DNA of 64,000 nucleotides from a bacterium (GCA_023267535.1 JAHFNC010000004.1:3757-67756); one strand, 5' to 3'; shown: positions 9,745 to 18,555, counted from the stretch's first letter. The notes: a model not told the origin generated them from the sequence alone. Numbers and translations: made by a program.

Positions 9745-10714
9745 AGGTTATCCCAAGTGCCTCCAAGAAGTGCTTTCTAAACTCTTCCACAGAAGGAAAT
9801 GGAAGCAGAAAAACATGTATATCAAAAGTTTCAAGATTTGTATGTTTTGAAATATGTTTGACAACATTTTTTGACCAACCTTCTATTTCTTTGTTAATCT
9901 TTTCTTTTATTTGTTCAGTGGTTTCTGTGTTTGCAACGCTTGGGTATTTATCATAATCAAATCCAATGAGGCACACACCTTTATACCTTACCTGATTATG
10001 GAGAGGGTCGTCTTTGTCCAAATATTTTAATAGAGCAACTTCCAATCTCTCATCTATTACACTCAAGTTGTCCCTCATTAATTGTAAGTCTCTTTCTGCT
10101 GGAGCAGATATTCCTCCATCTGATAAAAGAAACTCTTTAAGACTTATGAAACATTTAGAGATGCCATCGTTTAAATCTTTGTACAGTTTTGATTCACCCC
10201 AATATAAAGATAGAATATCCCTTCCTTCTTCATTTAACTCCACAGAAACATGAATACCATCAGCTCCGTTCACATGGAGTTCTGGGTTTGTTTTTAATGG
10301 CATCTTACATAGTAGTTGGGGAATTTTTAGATACTCCTGAATAAGAATATAGAGAAGCATTTCACCACCTTCACCTGTCTTCTTTAGTGAAGTAAAAAGA
10401 CTTTTTGCTTTTTCAATAAGCTCGTAAGTTTTTGTGGTTGTGTTATGTTTTGTATCATATTCTTTTGCCACCTCATATTCTTTTCTTGGAATTGCATAAT
10501 CAGCTACATGCTTTGCCACAAAACGTGCAAAGTCCTTAGTGCGAGGTCTACCATTTCCGTCTAAAGTTAAAAAGTAACAATGTGAGGTTGCTTTAGTATC
10601 TTTTAAATTAACATTTGATATAACTTCAGTTATATAAGTATTTATTTCTTGTTTGCTTGTTCTCAGAAGATCAGCAATAAGTTCTGCAATATTATCTTGG
10701 TTAGCAGTAGTCAT
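9731..10714 (-). CDS. hamA: Hachiman-like HamA candidate (DUF1837-type PD-(D/E)xK nuclease)
   Basis: 327 aa; putative nuclease core 'GADGIH…LYWGESK' (D…ExK); immediately upstream of and overlapping the helicase gene, the canonical Hachiman arrangement. Confidence 0.55.
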   Translation of the reverse strand: MTTANQDNIAELIADLLRTSKQEINTYITEVISNVNLKDTKATSHCYFLTLDGNGRPRTKDFARFVAKHVADYAIPRKEYEVAKEYDTKHNTTTKTYELIEKAKSLFTSLKKTGEGGEMLLYILIQEYLKIPQLLCKMPLKTNPELHVNGADGIHVSVELNEEGRDILSLYWGESKLYKDLNDGISKCFISLKEFLLSDGGISAPAERDLQLMRDNLSVIDERLEVALLKYLDKDDPLHNQVRYKGVCLIGFDYDKYPSVANTETTEQIKEKINKEIEGWSKNVVKHISKHTNLETFDIHVFLLPFPSVEEFRKHFLEALGITYDPS

Positions 10715-10720
10715 ATTTTA

Positions 10721-11200
10721 TTAATTTAAGAATCTACTTATTGGTTCGTTGAGCAGCGATTCAGCAATTTCTATCAGAATATTATCTCTAAAGCTTTGAA
10801 AATCTTTAGCTCCATGGAAGGTGTTGCATCGTATTTGATATATACACTTCATAATATTCGTTACATCCTTTATATCAATAAGTAAAATACCCTCTAAGTT
10901 ATTTTTTGTGGGTCTCATATCCCTAATAGGTGTCTCCTTTTTTAAATCTTCTAATCTTTCTAAATATTTGGGAGAAGACCAGGTTTCTATAAAAATATTT
11001 TTTAGAATATTATCATTATTATAAAACCAGTTTAATTTATGACTGTCTGTGATATTTGCTGCATTACTTCGGAAAGACTCGTCTGTAATGTACGCGTCAA
11101 AAATCATCCAATAAATAATGAATCGAATCCATGCATCAGCTGTATTTTCATCGGCTTTCCTTTTCCATGTTCTAAGTCTTTCTATAAATTCAGGGTCCAT
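10721..11200 (-). CDS. small hypothetical protein with a HEPN-like Rx4H motif, first gene of the Hachiman-like operon
   Basis: 159 aa; 'IRCNTFHG' (R-x4-H) near the C-terminus of a predicted helical protein; 6-nt gap to hamA. Confidence 0.35.
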   Translation of the reverse strand: MDPEFIERLRTWKRKADENTADAWIRFIIYWMIFDAYITDESFRSNAANITDSHKLNWFYNNDNILKNIFIETWSSPKYLERLEDLKKETPIRDMRPTKNNLEGILLIDIKDVTNIMKCIYQIRCNTFHGAKDFQSFRDNILIEIAESLLNEPISRFLN

Positions 11201-11263
11201 ATACTCATTTTAGCATAAAACAATAAATCTTTCATTTACGCAAGAGTGATGACTTAAAAATCT

Positions 11264-11289
11264 AAAAAGCACCCGAAAGGGTGCTTTTT
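11264..11289. terminator. bidirectional rho-independent terminator hairpin
   Basis: Perfect palindrome AAAAAGCACCC-GAAA-GGGTGCTTTTT with A/T runs on both sides. Confidence 0.6.
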
Positions 11290-11382
11290 AGATTTGGCTG
11301 GCTACACTCAGTAGCTATGCAGTAACTGTATAGAGCTCTCATACGTTTCGACGCTCTCCGAGCGCCAGAACTGCGCTCGCAT

Positions 11383-11456
11383 TGGCTGGGGTACATGGAC
11401 TCGAACCACGATACTCAGGACCAAAACCTGATGTCCTACCATTAGACGATACCCCA
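11383..11456 (-). tRNA. tRNA-Gln (anticodon UUG)
   Basis: Minus-strand sequence folds as a cloverleaf. 5' TGGGGTA pairs with 3' TACCCCA-G-CCA; anticodon stem TCAGG/CCTGA with loop TTTTGGT (anticodon TTG); T-arm CGTGG-TTCGAGT-CCATG; CCA encoded. The acceptor matches the E. coli tRNA-Gln pattern. Confidence 0.85.
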
Positions 11457-11610
11457 AAATTATTTAATTAAATAAGGAATAATATATCATATTTTCACAA
11501 TTTATTCTACTCCTTGTGACTAAATAATATATAAAATTGACGAATATCATTTTATATTGTAGTTTTAAATTATTATCGCACTCAAACATCACAGTAAAGG
11601 GAACCATAAA

Positions 11611-11841
11611 ATGTCTAAAGTGATACCGATAGAAGTTAGCGATGAAGTGTATGCATCGATACAAAAACTCACTAGCAGTGACCCCGAGGGTATGAGATTG
11701 TTGTTTATCCGCGCTTTAGCTCGCGACGAACTCATTCAAAGGATTCTACCAAAACAGTTCTTTTATTTTTACGACAACGACTATCATCCTGTGGATTTTT
11801 CTTTTAATGCTGATAAATATAGAAAAGTCCCCAAGAGATAA
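11611..11841 (+). CDS. small hypothetical protein (GC-richer islet)
   Basis: 76-aa ORF; composition clearly GC-richer than surroundings; terminator follows. Confidence 0.4.
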   Translation: MSKVIPIEVSDEVYASIQKLTSSDPEGMRLLFIRALARDELIQRILPKQFFYFYDNDYHPVDFSFNADKYRKVPKR

Positions 11842-11847
11842 CAAAAT

Positions 11848-11882
11848 AAATCCACCCTAATTATTCAATGGGTGGATTTTTT
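11848..11882 (+). terminator. rho-independent terminator
   Basis: AAATCCACCC-loop-GGGTGGATTT followed by a T-run. Confidence 0.5.
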
Positions 11883-12012
11883 ATTTCAAACATTTTTTAA
11901 GAAAATATCAATATTTACACTTATTAAAAATAAATATAAAATGGCAATCAGTTTGTGTTAACGGGGGATGTTCTTTTATTTTTTTTGAATCAGGAGTGGA
12001 GGGAGATAATAA

Positions 12013-13034
12013 TGAACAAGCAAGCTGTGCTCTCTATTGTTCCAAATATTCCAAACGCTGAAGACGAAGATCCTGGCGTCGCCCTATTAATATCGGCCGA
12101 CCAGCTTCTTTTTGATCCAAATCAACCAAGAAAGAGATACACGAAAAAAGGTCTTGAGAAATTGGCTAAAAGCATTCAAGACCAAGGTTTGCAACAGCCG
12201 GTGGTCGTTACCTTTGCTTATCGTAAGAAAGGCATAGATTACTATTACATCAAGTTCGGCGAAAGGCGTTATCGCGCTCATATTTTGCTTGGCTACAAAA
12301 ACGTTCCTTGTCTTGTGAAGAAGGGGACCTACGACGGCAAGCTTGATGTGGAACGAGTGCTTGCGCAGACTTCGGAAAATAATTTGCGCGAACCACATTC
12401 GCACAGCGAGATGATTAACGTCCTTCGTTTGGTCGTTGAAGACGAACGAGAAAAGTCTGATGGCGTGATTGGCTACATCGGCAAAGCTCAAGAAAGATTT
12501 GCCACAGCTCTTGGCTATACCGCTGAGGCCACCAGAAGGTATCACGTTTTGGCTAATCTTCATTCGGAGTTAGTTGAGATGTTGGATATTGAAGACGAAG
12601 AAGAAGGGGACGAACGAGAAAAGCTTAACTTCAGCGTTGCTCTTTCTTTGGCTAGAGCACCAAAAGATGCTCAGCTTGGGATTCTTGAAAGGTCAAAGCC
12701 TCACTTTGAAAAGTCTCACAATCACGGCATTGCTTTTGTTTCTGAACAAGCAAGGTCTGTTCGCGAGAGTCGTGGTGAAAAGATAGTCGGCAGGAAGCCG
12801 AGCGAATCAATTGACCTTGTCAGGAAATTTCTAACCTTCACCAACAATCGCCACGATTTGGTCTTTGGGCAAATGAAGCCAGCTGAGATAAAAGCCATTT
12901 TGGCTTCGGCGAGCGTGACCACCGTTGATGTTTTGCTTAACGCAGTCATTATGGCCGCAACAAACCTGAAATCACTTCAGGCACTGATTCAAGAAAGGAG
13001 AGATTACAATTATAGAGAATTCAGAAAGAAATAA
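12013..13034 (+). CDS. ParB-like nuclease (ParB/Srx) domain protein
   Basis: ParB N-terminal motifs 'DPNQPRK…LEKLAKSIQDQGLQQPVVV…IKFGERRYRAHILLGYKNVPCLV'. Start chosen at ATG 12013 behind a GGAGG SD (ORF track extends to 11955); GC-rich relative to flanks. Confidence 0.65.
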
Positions 13035-13039
13035 TTTGT

Positions 13040-13075
13040 AAAAAGCAATCGTGAACACACCGATTGCTTTTTTGT
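13040..13075 (+). terminator. rho-independent terminator
   Basis: AAAAAGCAATCG-TGAACACAC-CGATTGCTTTTTT. Confidence 0.55.
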
Positions 13076-13276
13076 TTGTAATTTTGTTTTCAAATCTATA
13101 AGTAAAATTATTTGCAACACTAAAATATAAAAAGTCAAAATATTTTGTTTGGAAAACGAAGCTTATATTTCCTTGATTTTGGGTATCAACAATTAACACA
13201 CTTTTTTCACTTGCTCCATACTTGTATCGTGGTTTATACTTTAGTCATTATTATTTTTTAAATCTAAATTATTTTT

Positions 13277-13498
13277 ATGGAGACTCCAACTTTTCAACAC
13301 AACAAAGAAAGACCAGACGGTGATAACGAAAATTTTGAATTACATCTGTCCAAAGATCTTCCTGAATCGTTGAAGGAGTTGAAAAGAATTTCAGATAGAG
13401 TTCTCGAAGGATTATCGTGCAAGGATGCACAAGGAGCTGTCAGACTTTCATCACTAGCAGTATTCAGAAGCCAAATGGGGCTTGGAGAAAAGAGTTAA
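13277..13498 (+). CDS. hypothetical protein
   Basis: 73-aa ORF; no recognisable motif. Confidence 0.3.
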   Translation: METPTFQHNKERPDGDNENFELHLSKDLPESLKELKRISDRVLEGLSCKDAQGAVRLSSLAVFRSQMGLGEKS

Positions 13499-13571
13499 TA
13501 AGTGAATTGACATTTAACATTTTTTATGAGATAGTGACATCATAAATCCCTTTATTTTTAAGGGCAAAAAG

Positions 13572-13874
13572 ATGGCATTAATCAACGAAATCAAAGAAAT
13601 ATTAGACAAATCAGACCTTACTTTTGACGAAGCAAGGGCTTTTGAGACCGGACTTTCTATGCTTACAGACAAAGAGCAAAAAGAATTTGCTAAATATATT
13701 TCTAAAGATAAGGAATTAATCTATCCTCTCTATATAAATTTCAAAGCTAAACTTCATGCAGTGAACGGAACAAAGGAAGAATGGGAAGACGCTGTCAAAA
13801 CAGAAATTCATCAACTTGAAGAATATCTAACAAAAAAAAGAGTGGGCGACGAAGTGTCAAAGTCAAATCAATAA
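13572..13874 (+). CDS. hypothetical protein
   Basis: 100-aa ORF, helical/charged. Confidence 0.4.
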   Translation: MALINEIKEILDKSDLTFDEARAFETGLSMLTDKEQKEFAKYISKDKELIYPLYINFKAKLHAVNGTKEEWEDAVKTEIHQLEEYLTKKRVGDEVSKSNQ

Positions 13875-13930
13875 TTAATTTTGGCTTCTCCTCTAGAACA
13901 ACAGTCATTTAATATTGTATACTATTGTAA

Positions 13931-14470
13931 ATGAGGAATTTTACAAAAGCTGTAAAACAAATTTTCAATACTACAGACAGGTTTACTGTTTTTATTTTAT
14001 CTTTCTTTGTGGTGATGCTAGGGTATTTGTTTCTAGAAAACGGGAAAGATGCGCTGTCGGTATTTTCTTTTGAGTCATTTTCTTTTTTAACGAAGATAAA
14101 ACTATTTTCTTCAACTTTATTTGACCTTAATTCCTTCTTTCAACCAGCGATGTATGTCTTGGTGTCACTTTCATCACTGTTTACCGCTTTTGTGGCTTCA
14201 TTTTTATACATTTATTTCAAAACAAGAGGACAAGTCCTCATTAAAAGGAAAGTTTATAGCGGATTCGGACTATTCTTCGCAGTTATTGGTGTTGGGTGTG
14301 CCGCTTGTGGAGCAGTTTTTCTACAAGTAATATTAAGTGTCTTTGGATTCGGTGGAATATTAAAGTATTTCCCATATGACGGCGTGGAGGTTGGGTATTT
14401 GGGATTACTAATTTTAATAATTAACGCTTTTTCTTTGGCAAAAAAAGTAAACGAACCTTTGGTTTGTTAA
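13931..14470 (+). CDS. integral membrane protein
   Basis: 179 aa with ~4 hydrophobic segments. Confidence 0.45.
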   Translation: MRNFTKAVKQIFNTTDRFTVFILSFFVVMLGYLFLENGKDALSVFSFESFSFLTKIKLFSSTLFDLNSFFQPAMYVLVSLSSLFTAFVASFLYIYFKTRGQVLIKRKVYSGFGLFFAVIGVGCAACGAVFLQVILSVFGFGGILKYFPYDGVEVGYLGLLILIINAFSLAKKVNEPLVC

Positions 14471-14474
14471 ATTT

Positions 14475-15056
14475 ATGAAAATAAAAGGAGAAATATCATT
14501 GAAAGGAATTATACAAGGAACAGCTATTGGTCTTACTTTGGTCTTGGCCGTGCTCTACGCAGCTCAAGACGAAGGATTGGTAAATTTTAACTTACCAGAG
14601 AAAACAGCAAACACGATTGGCACTTATTATAAAGTTACCAGAGTGATTGATGGTGACACCATTGAAGTAAAAATGAACAGTGGTTTAGAAAAAGTGAGAT
14701 TGATTGGAATAAACACGCCGGAAATTGTTGACCCACGCAAACCAGTGGAATGTTTTGCAAAGGAAGCTAGTAACAGAATGCATTCTTTGGCTAGCGGACA
14801 AAATGTGAAGCTTGAATTTGATGATTCGCAAAGTTATCGTGATATTTACAATCGACTTTTGGCTTATGTTTATTTGCAAGATGGGGAAATGTTGAATAGA
14901 AAAATGATTGCCGAAGGTTATGCTTATGAATATACCTATATGGCTCCTTACAAATATCAAAAAGAATTTCGCGACCTGCAAACTTTTGTACAAGGAAGCG
15001 AGAGGGGACTTTGGGCCAAAGATACTTGTAACGGCAGTAAAGAGTTTCCAAAATAA
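14475..15056 (+). CDS. membrane-anchored thermonuclease (staphylococcal nuclease-like, SNase)
   Basis: N-terminal TM; SNase motifs 'RVIDGDTIEV', 'RLIGINTPE', 'YNRLLAYVYL'. Confidence 0.8.
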   Translation: MKIKGEISLKGIIQGTAIGLTLVLAVLYAAQDEGLVNFNLPEKTANTIGTYYKVTRVIDGDTIEVKMNSGLEKVRLIGINTPEIVDPRKPVECFAKEASNRMHSLASGQNVKLEFDDSQSYRDIYNRLLAYVYLQDGEMLNRKMIAEGYAYEYTYMAPYKYQKEFRDLQTFVQGSERGLWAKDTCNGSKEFPK

Positions 15057-15058
15057 TT

Positions 15059-15763
15059 ATGGACACAATACAAGATTTACTTAAGAAAATATTAGTCGCT
15101 ATTCCAATCTTGTTTTTATTTGGACTTATATATTTCGTAGCGAAAGAATTAATTTTATTAATCCCTTCTTCGCCTTCTGATTCGGCGACAACTACACAGC
15201 GTTCTTTGGGCTGGTATTTTTTCGGAGATTATTTACCATCACCAAACAACAAAGGACTTCTTGGAAAAGCCAAGACTCCAAGTGCTACAGATAATGTCTT
15301 CGTAGCAAGTAATATTTACGATAGCGGAGGAGGTGATAATAACACTACTTATGTCAGTTATGATGCTAATGGCAAAGCGATTTATACCAAAGGAATACAA
15401 GCTCGTCCGAACCCGGGAGCGAATAAAACTTTCCAAAAAGAATTATATCTTAGAAATTTATCAATTTATACAGGAGGACATATTTATACTGGGCTTTCTT
15501 TTACTGGCGAAGCAAAGAACACAATGTTTGATAACACAGGGAAATTTCAGATGCTTGTGACCGATATGTACGGAAGAGTTATTACCATGGCTTATGCGCA
15601 AGCGAGCACGGCATGGTCAATTCCAGGGTGGACTAGATTTAATATAGTGATAACCTCAGCTCTTCCAAACAAAGTGCAATGTCAGCTAGTTTTTCTCGCT
15701 GCACAAGGTTCTAGAGATGGAGCAGACGGAGTTCATATAGAAATACCAGAATTTTGTAATTAA
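15059..15763 (+). CDS. secreted/membrane-anchored hypothetical protein
   Basis: 234 aa; N-terminal hydrophobic anchor; Ser/Thr/Gly-rich ectodomain. Confidence 0.5.
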   Translation: MDTIQDLLKKILVAIPILFLFGLIYFVAKELILLIPSSPSDSATTTQRSLGWYFFGDYLPSPNNKGLLGKAKTPSATDNVFVASNIYDSGGGDNNTTYVSYDANGKAIYTKGIQARPNPGANKTFQKELYLRNLSIYTGGHIYTGLSFTGEAKNTMFDNTGKFQMLVTDMYGRVITMAYAQASTAWSIPGWTRFNIVITSALPNKVQCQLVFLAAQGSRDGADGVHIEIPEFCN

Positions 15764-15786
15764 ATAAATAATCAAGATTAAGAAAA

Positions 15787-15812
15787 GAAAAAGCACCTAT
15801 TCGGTGCTTTTT
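15787..15812. terminator. bidirectional terminator between convergent genes
   Basis: AAAAAGCACC-TATTC-GGTGCTTTTT. Confidence 0.6.
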
Positions 15813-16201
15813 GAAAGCTGTTCAATCAGTCTTTCGTCGTCTTCTGGATGAAGGGCAGCGTGAGCAAATTCTGGATTGGTTTTGATTTGATTATTCCAGT
15901 CATCAATCAATTCTTGAGTGTGTCCAGCTTTCGCTTCTCTTTCCGCCTCTTTTTTTCTTTTGTTTGCTTCTCCTGCAATGTGAGAAATGTAACTTCTCAC
16001 ACCCGAAGGCATAGAGTAGTAACCGTCTTTAAAACCAATGGCGTTTGCTACATTGTTTTTCTTTTGGTTGAAACTACCGGCAAAAGTATCATAGGCTTCA
16101 AAGAACTGTTTCCCTACGGCAACATCTTTATCTGTCCAAGGCATCTCTTTCTCCAATAATTTGTCAGAAGGGGTTTTATTTGGAAAAGATTCTATGCTCA
16201 T
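15797..16201 (-). CDS. hypothetical protein
   Basis: 134-aa ORF; charged, no motif recognised. Confidence 0.45.
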   Translation of the reverse strand: MSIESFPNKTPSDKLLEKEMPWTDKDVAVGKQFFEAYDTFAGSFNQKKNNVANAIGFKDGYYSMPSGVRSYISHIAGEANKRKKEAEREAKAGHTQELIDDWNNQIKTNPEFAHAALHPEDDERLIEQLSKSTE

Positions 16202-16216
16202 AATACAATATTTTGT

Positions 16217-16663
16217 CTAAATGACAAGTCTGTCGATAACTGATTTTACTAGAGCACCGTCAGCATTACTTCCAAGCTCTCTCATCATTGTTCCAACAAA
16301 TTGTCCTTTCTTGGTTGCGTCGATTGGTGATTCGGCTAATTTTGCTTTAACTTTCTCTTCAATTTCCGCTTCAGACATTTGTGCTGGAAGCAAAGCTTCG
16401 ATTATGACAAGTTCTGCTTGTTCACTTTCTGCTAAGTCAGGACGACCACCGGAAGTAAATTGTTCGATAGAATCTTTACGTTGCTTAGCTAATCTTTTTA
16501 TCACTTTCATACAATCATCATCAGAAAGTGGCTCCTGTGGAGGTCTGCCTTGAGCAACTAATTCATTTGTAAATGCAGCCGAGATTCCGCGCAAAACTTG
16601 TAATTTATCCATTTCTTTTGCCATCATGGCTGCTTTAATTTGAGCTTTTATATTTTCTTGCAT
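16217..16663 (-). CDS. yqeY: GatB/YqeY domain protein
   Basis: 148 aa; typical YqeY family sequence (…LVAQGRPPQEPLSDDDCMKVIKRLAKQRKDSIEQF…). Confidence 0.8.
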   Translation of the reverse strand: MQENIKAQIKAAMMAKEMDKLQVLRGISAAFTNELVAQGRPPQEPLSDDDCMKVIKRLAKQRKDSIEQFTSGGRPDLAESEQAELVIIEALLPAQMSEAEIEEKVKAKLAESPIDATKKGQFVGTMMRELGSNADGALVKSVIDRLVI

Positions 16664-16712
16664 AGTTTTAAAAGTATATCATAAGTTGAAATTCGCGTGA
16701 TATACTTTCCCT

Positions 16713-17765
16713 ATGTTAATGACTTTTTTAATTATTTTGGGAATTATTATCTGTGCGCTTTTGGGAATGATTCTAATGCGTCAGAACGATGCTAAAGACG
16801 TAAAAGAAGATGACCAAACATTTTTAATTCTCCAAGATCAGTTAGAAAAATTACGAAATGCTGTAGAAAACAAATTAGAGCGTTCACAATCAGAGCTGCA
16901 TCAAGTTCTTCATCGTCAGGATTCAGAATCAAAACGTCTCATCACCGAAATCACCAAAGAATTAACCGAAGTGAAAGAAGGGAACAAGCAAGTTTTTTCA
17001 ATGACTGAGCAATTACAAAATCTTGAGAAAATTTTAACCCATCAAAAGCAACGTGGGAATTTAGGCGAAGCATCACTTGAACTTATTCTTTCAAATATGA
17101 TGTCTCCTGGGCAATACGAAATGCAATACAGATTTAAGACCGGTGAAGTTGTAGACGCTGTCATTCATACTAAAGACGGCATCATACCAGTGGATGCTAA
17201 GTATTCACTTGATAATTATCAGAGATTAATGAACGCTACCGACGAAGAAGAGACTGCTTATTATCAAAATGAATTCAAAAAAGATATTCAAAAGCGAATT
17301 GACGAGACTTCAAAATACATAAAGCCAGATGAAGGCACACTACCTTTTGCTTTTATGTTTATTCCAGCTGAGGGAATCTATTATGACCTACTTGTGAATC
17401 AAGTTTCCAAAGGTGCAATCAACACGCAAAATTTAATTGAGTATGCTTATAATAAAAGAAAAGTGATTATTGTTTCGCCGACAACTTTCTACGCATATTT
17501 GCAATCAGTGCTTTTTGGGTTCAAAGCTTTTCAGATTGAAGAGAGCGCCAAAGGTATACAAAAGAAAGTGGAGGACCTAGGAAAGCATTTAGCTGTTTAC
17601 GAAGATTACATGAAGAAGTTAGGTAATACATTAGGAACGACAGTTAATCATTACAATACCGCATACAAAGAATTAAAAAAAGTTGATAAAGATGTACTAA
17701 AAATAACTGGCGAAGAAATCGGATTGGAAGTTTTAACATTGGATAAACCAGACATTGAAGAATAG
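16713..17765 (+). CDS. rmuC: DNA recombination protein RmuC
   Basis: 350 aa; N-terminal TM plus coiled coil; RmuC C-terminal domain '…PVDAKYSLDNY…FMFIPAEGIYY…'. Confidence 0.8.
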   Translation: MLMTFLIILGIIICALLGMILMRQNDAKDVKEDDQTFLILQDQLEKLRNAVENKLERSQSELHQVLHRQDSESKRLITEITKELTEVKEGNKQVFSMTEQLQNLEKILTHQKQRGNLGEASLELILSNMMSPGQYEMQYRFKTGEVVDAVIHTKDGIIPVDAKYSLDNYQRLMNATDEEETAYYQNEFKKDIQKRIDETSKYIKPDEGTLPFAFMFIPAEGIYYDLLVNQVSKGAINTQNLIEYAYNKRKVIIVSPTTFYAYLQSVLFGFKAFQIEESAKGIQKKVEDLGKHLAVYEDYMKKLGNTLGTTVNHYNTAYKELKKVDKDVLKITGEEIGLEVLTLDKPDIEE

Positions 17766-17826
17766 ACAAAATGGTGATAGTATGGCATTAGTTTGCTCTT
17801 CAGCACTCTTACATGAGGGAAAAGTA

Positions 17827-18096
17827 ATGGAAACAGTCACTGTTCTCAGGTTCACAACCTTGTGCAAACTTCCAGACTCTCCGGATCATTGTTTAGGTGC
17901 AATTTATTTCTATGCACCAAAAGGAATTGCCATTCTAGAAATCGGAGAAACACCCGAAAAAATCATTCATAAGTTCTATTTGGTTCCTGATGTCCGAGTG
18001 AGATTGCCACACTGCGAGCCGGCGGCACTTGAAGGAACCGTGGAGATTCCCAAGTCTCTTTTGGATGAAGCCAAAGAAGCTCTGGGTTTGGTGTAA
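17827..18096 (+). CDS. hypothetical protein (GC-richer orphan)
   Basis: Start chosen at ATG 17827 behind GAGGG SD (ORF track extends to 17755); ~45% GC versus ~33% for flanks. Confidence 0.35.
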   Translation: METVTVLRFTTLCKLPDSPDHCLGAIYFYAPKGIAILEIGETPEKIIHKFYLVPDVRVRLPHCEPAALEGTVEIPKSLLDEAKEALGLV

Positions 18097-18148
18097 TAAT
18101 ATGAACACGAAAAGTTAAATCCTATGGTTGCGACTATGGGATTTTTGT

Positions 18149-18176
18149 TTGCTTAATTTAGATTTTAATGTATAAT
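18149..18176 (+). promoter_or_regulatory. sigma70-like promoter for rplU (near-leaderless)
   Basis: TTGCTT, 16-nt spacer, TATAAT at 18171-18176; ATG at 18186. Confidence 0.5.
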
Positions 18177-18185
18177 AGTCAAATT

Positions 18186-18503
18186 ATGTCATTTGCTGTA
18201 ATACAAACAGGCGGAAAGCAATACCAAGTCGCAGTGGGCGATGAGATTGTTGTTGAGAAAATAAAGGGAGATTATAAAGTTGGAGACAAAGTTCAAATCG
18301 AATCTGTTGTTTTAAAAGATGACGGAACAACTACCGAACTAGGAGCTCCTTTTATTAAGGGCGCATCAGTTGAGGCAACAATCGCTGACTCAGGAAAACT
18401 AAAGAAAGTTATGGTTGTTCGTTACCGTCAGAAATCAAGATATCACAAGAGAAATGGTCATCGCCAACCATTTATGTCTCTAAAGATAGAAAGCATTAAA
18501 TAA
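18186..18503 (+). CDS. rplU: 50S ribosomal protein L21
   Basis: 'MSFAVIQTGGKQYQVAVGDEIVVEKI…RYRQKSRYHKRNGHRQ'; the upstream ATG at 18168 is rejected because it sits inside the -10 box. Confidence 0.85.
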   Translation: MSFAVIQTGGKQYQVAVGDEIVVEKIKGDYKVGDKVQIESVVLKDDGTTTELGAPFIKGASVEATIADSGKLKKVMVVRYRQKSRYHKRNGHRQPFMSLKIESIK

Positions 18504-18530
18504 TTAATTTTAAAATACAGAAAAGAAAAA

Positions 18531-18555
18531 AGCCACTTCCTTAGAAGTGGCTTTT
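18531..18555 (+). terminator. rho-independent terminator after rplU
   Basis: AGCCACTTC-CTTA-GAAGTGGCT plus TTT. Confidence 0.55.

Noticed and set aside
11464-11664. 66-aa ORF on the minus strand adjacent to the tRNA
   Set aside because: AT-rich promoter/intergenic sequence; overlaps the start of the + strand gene at 11611; no coding signal.
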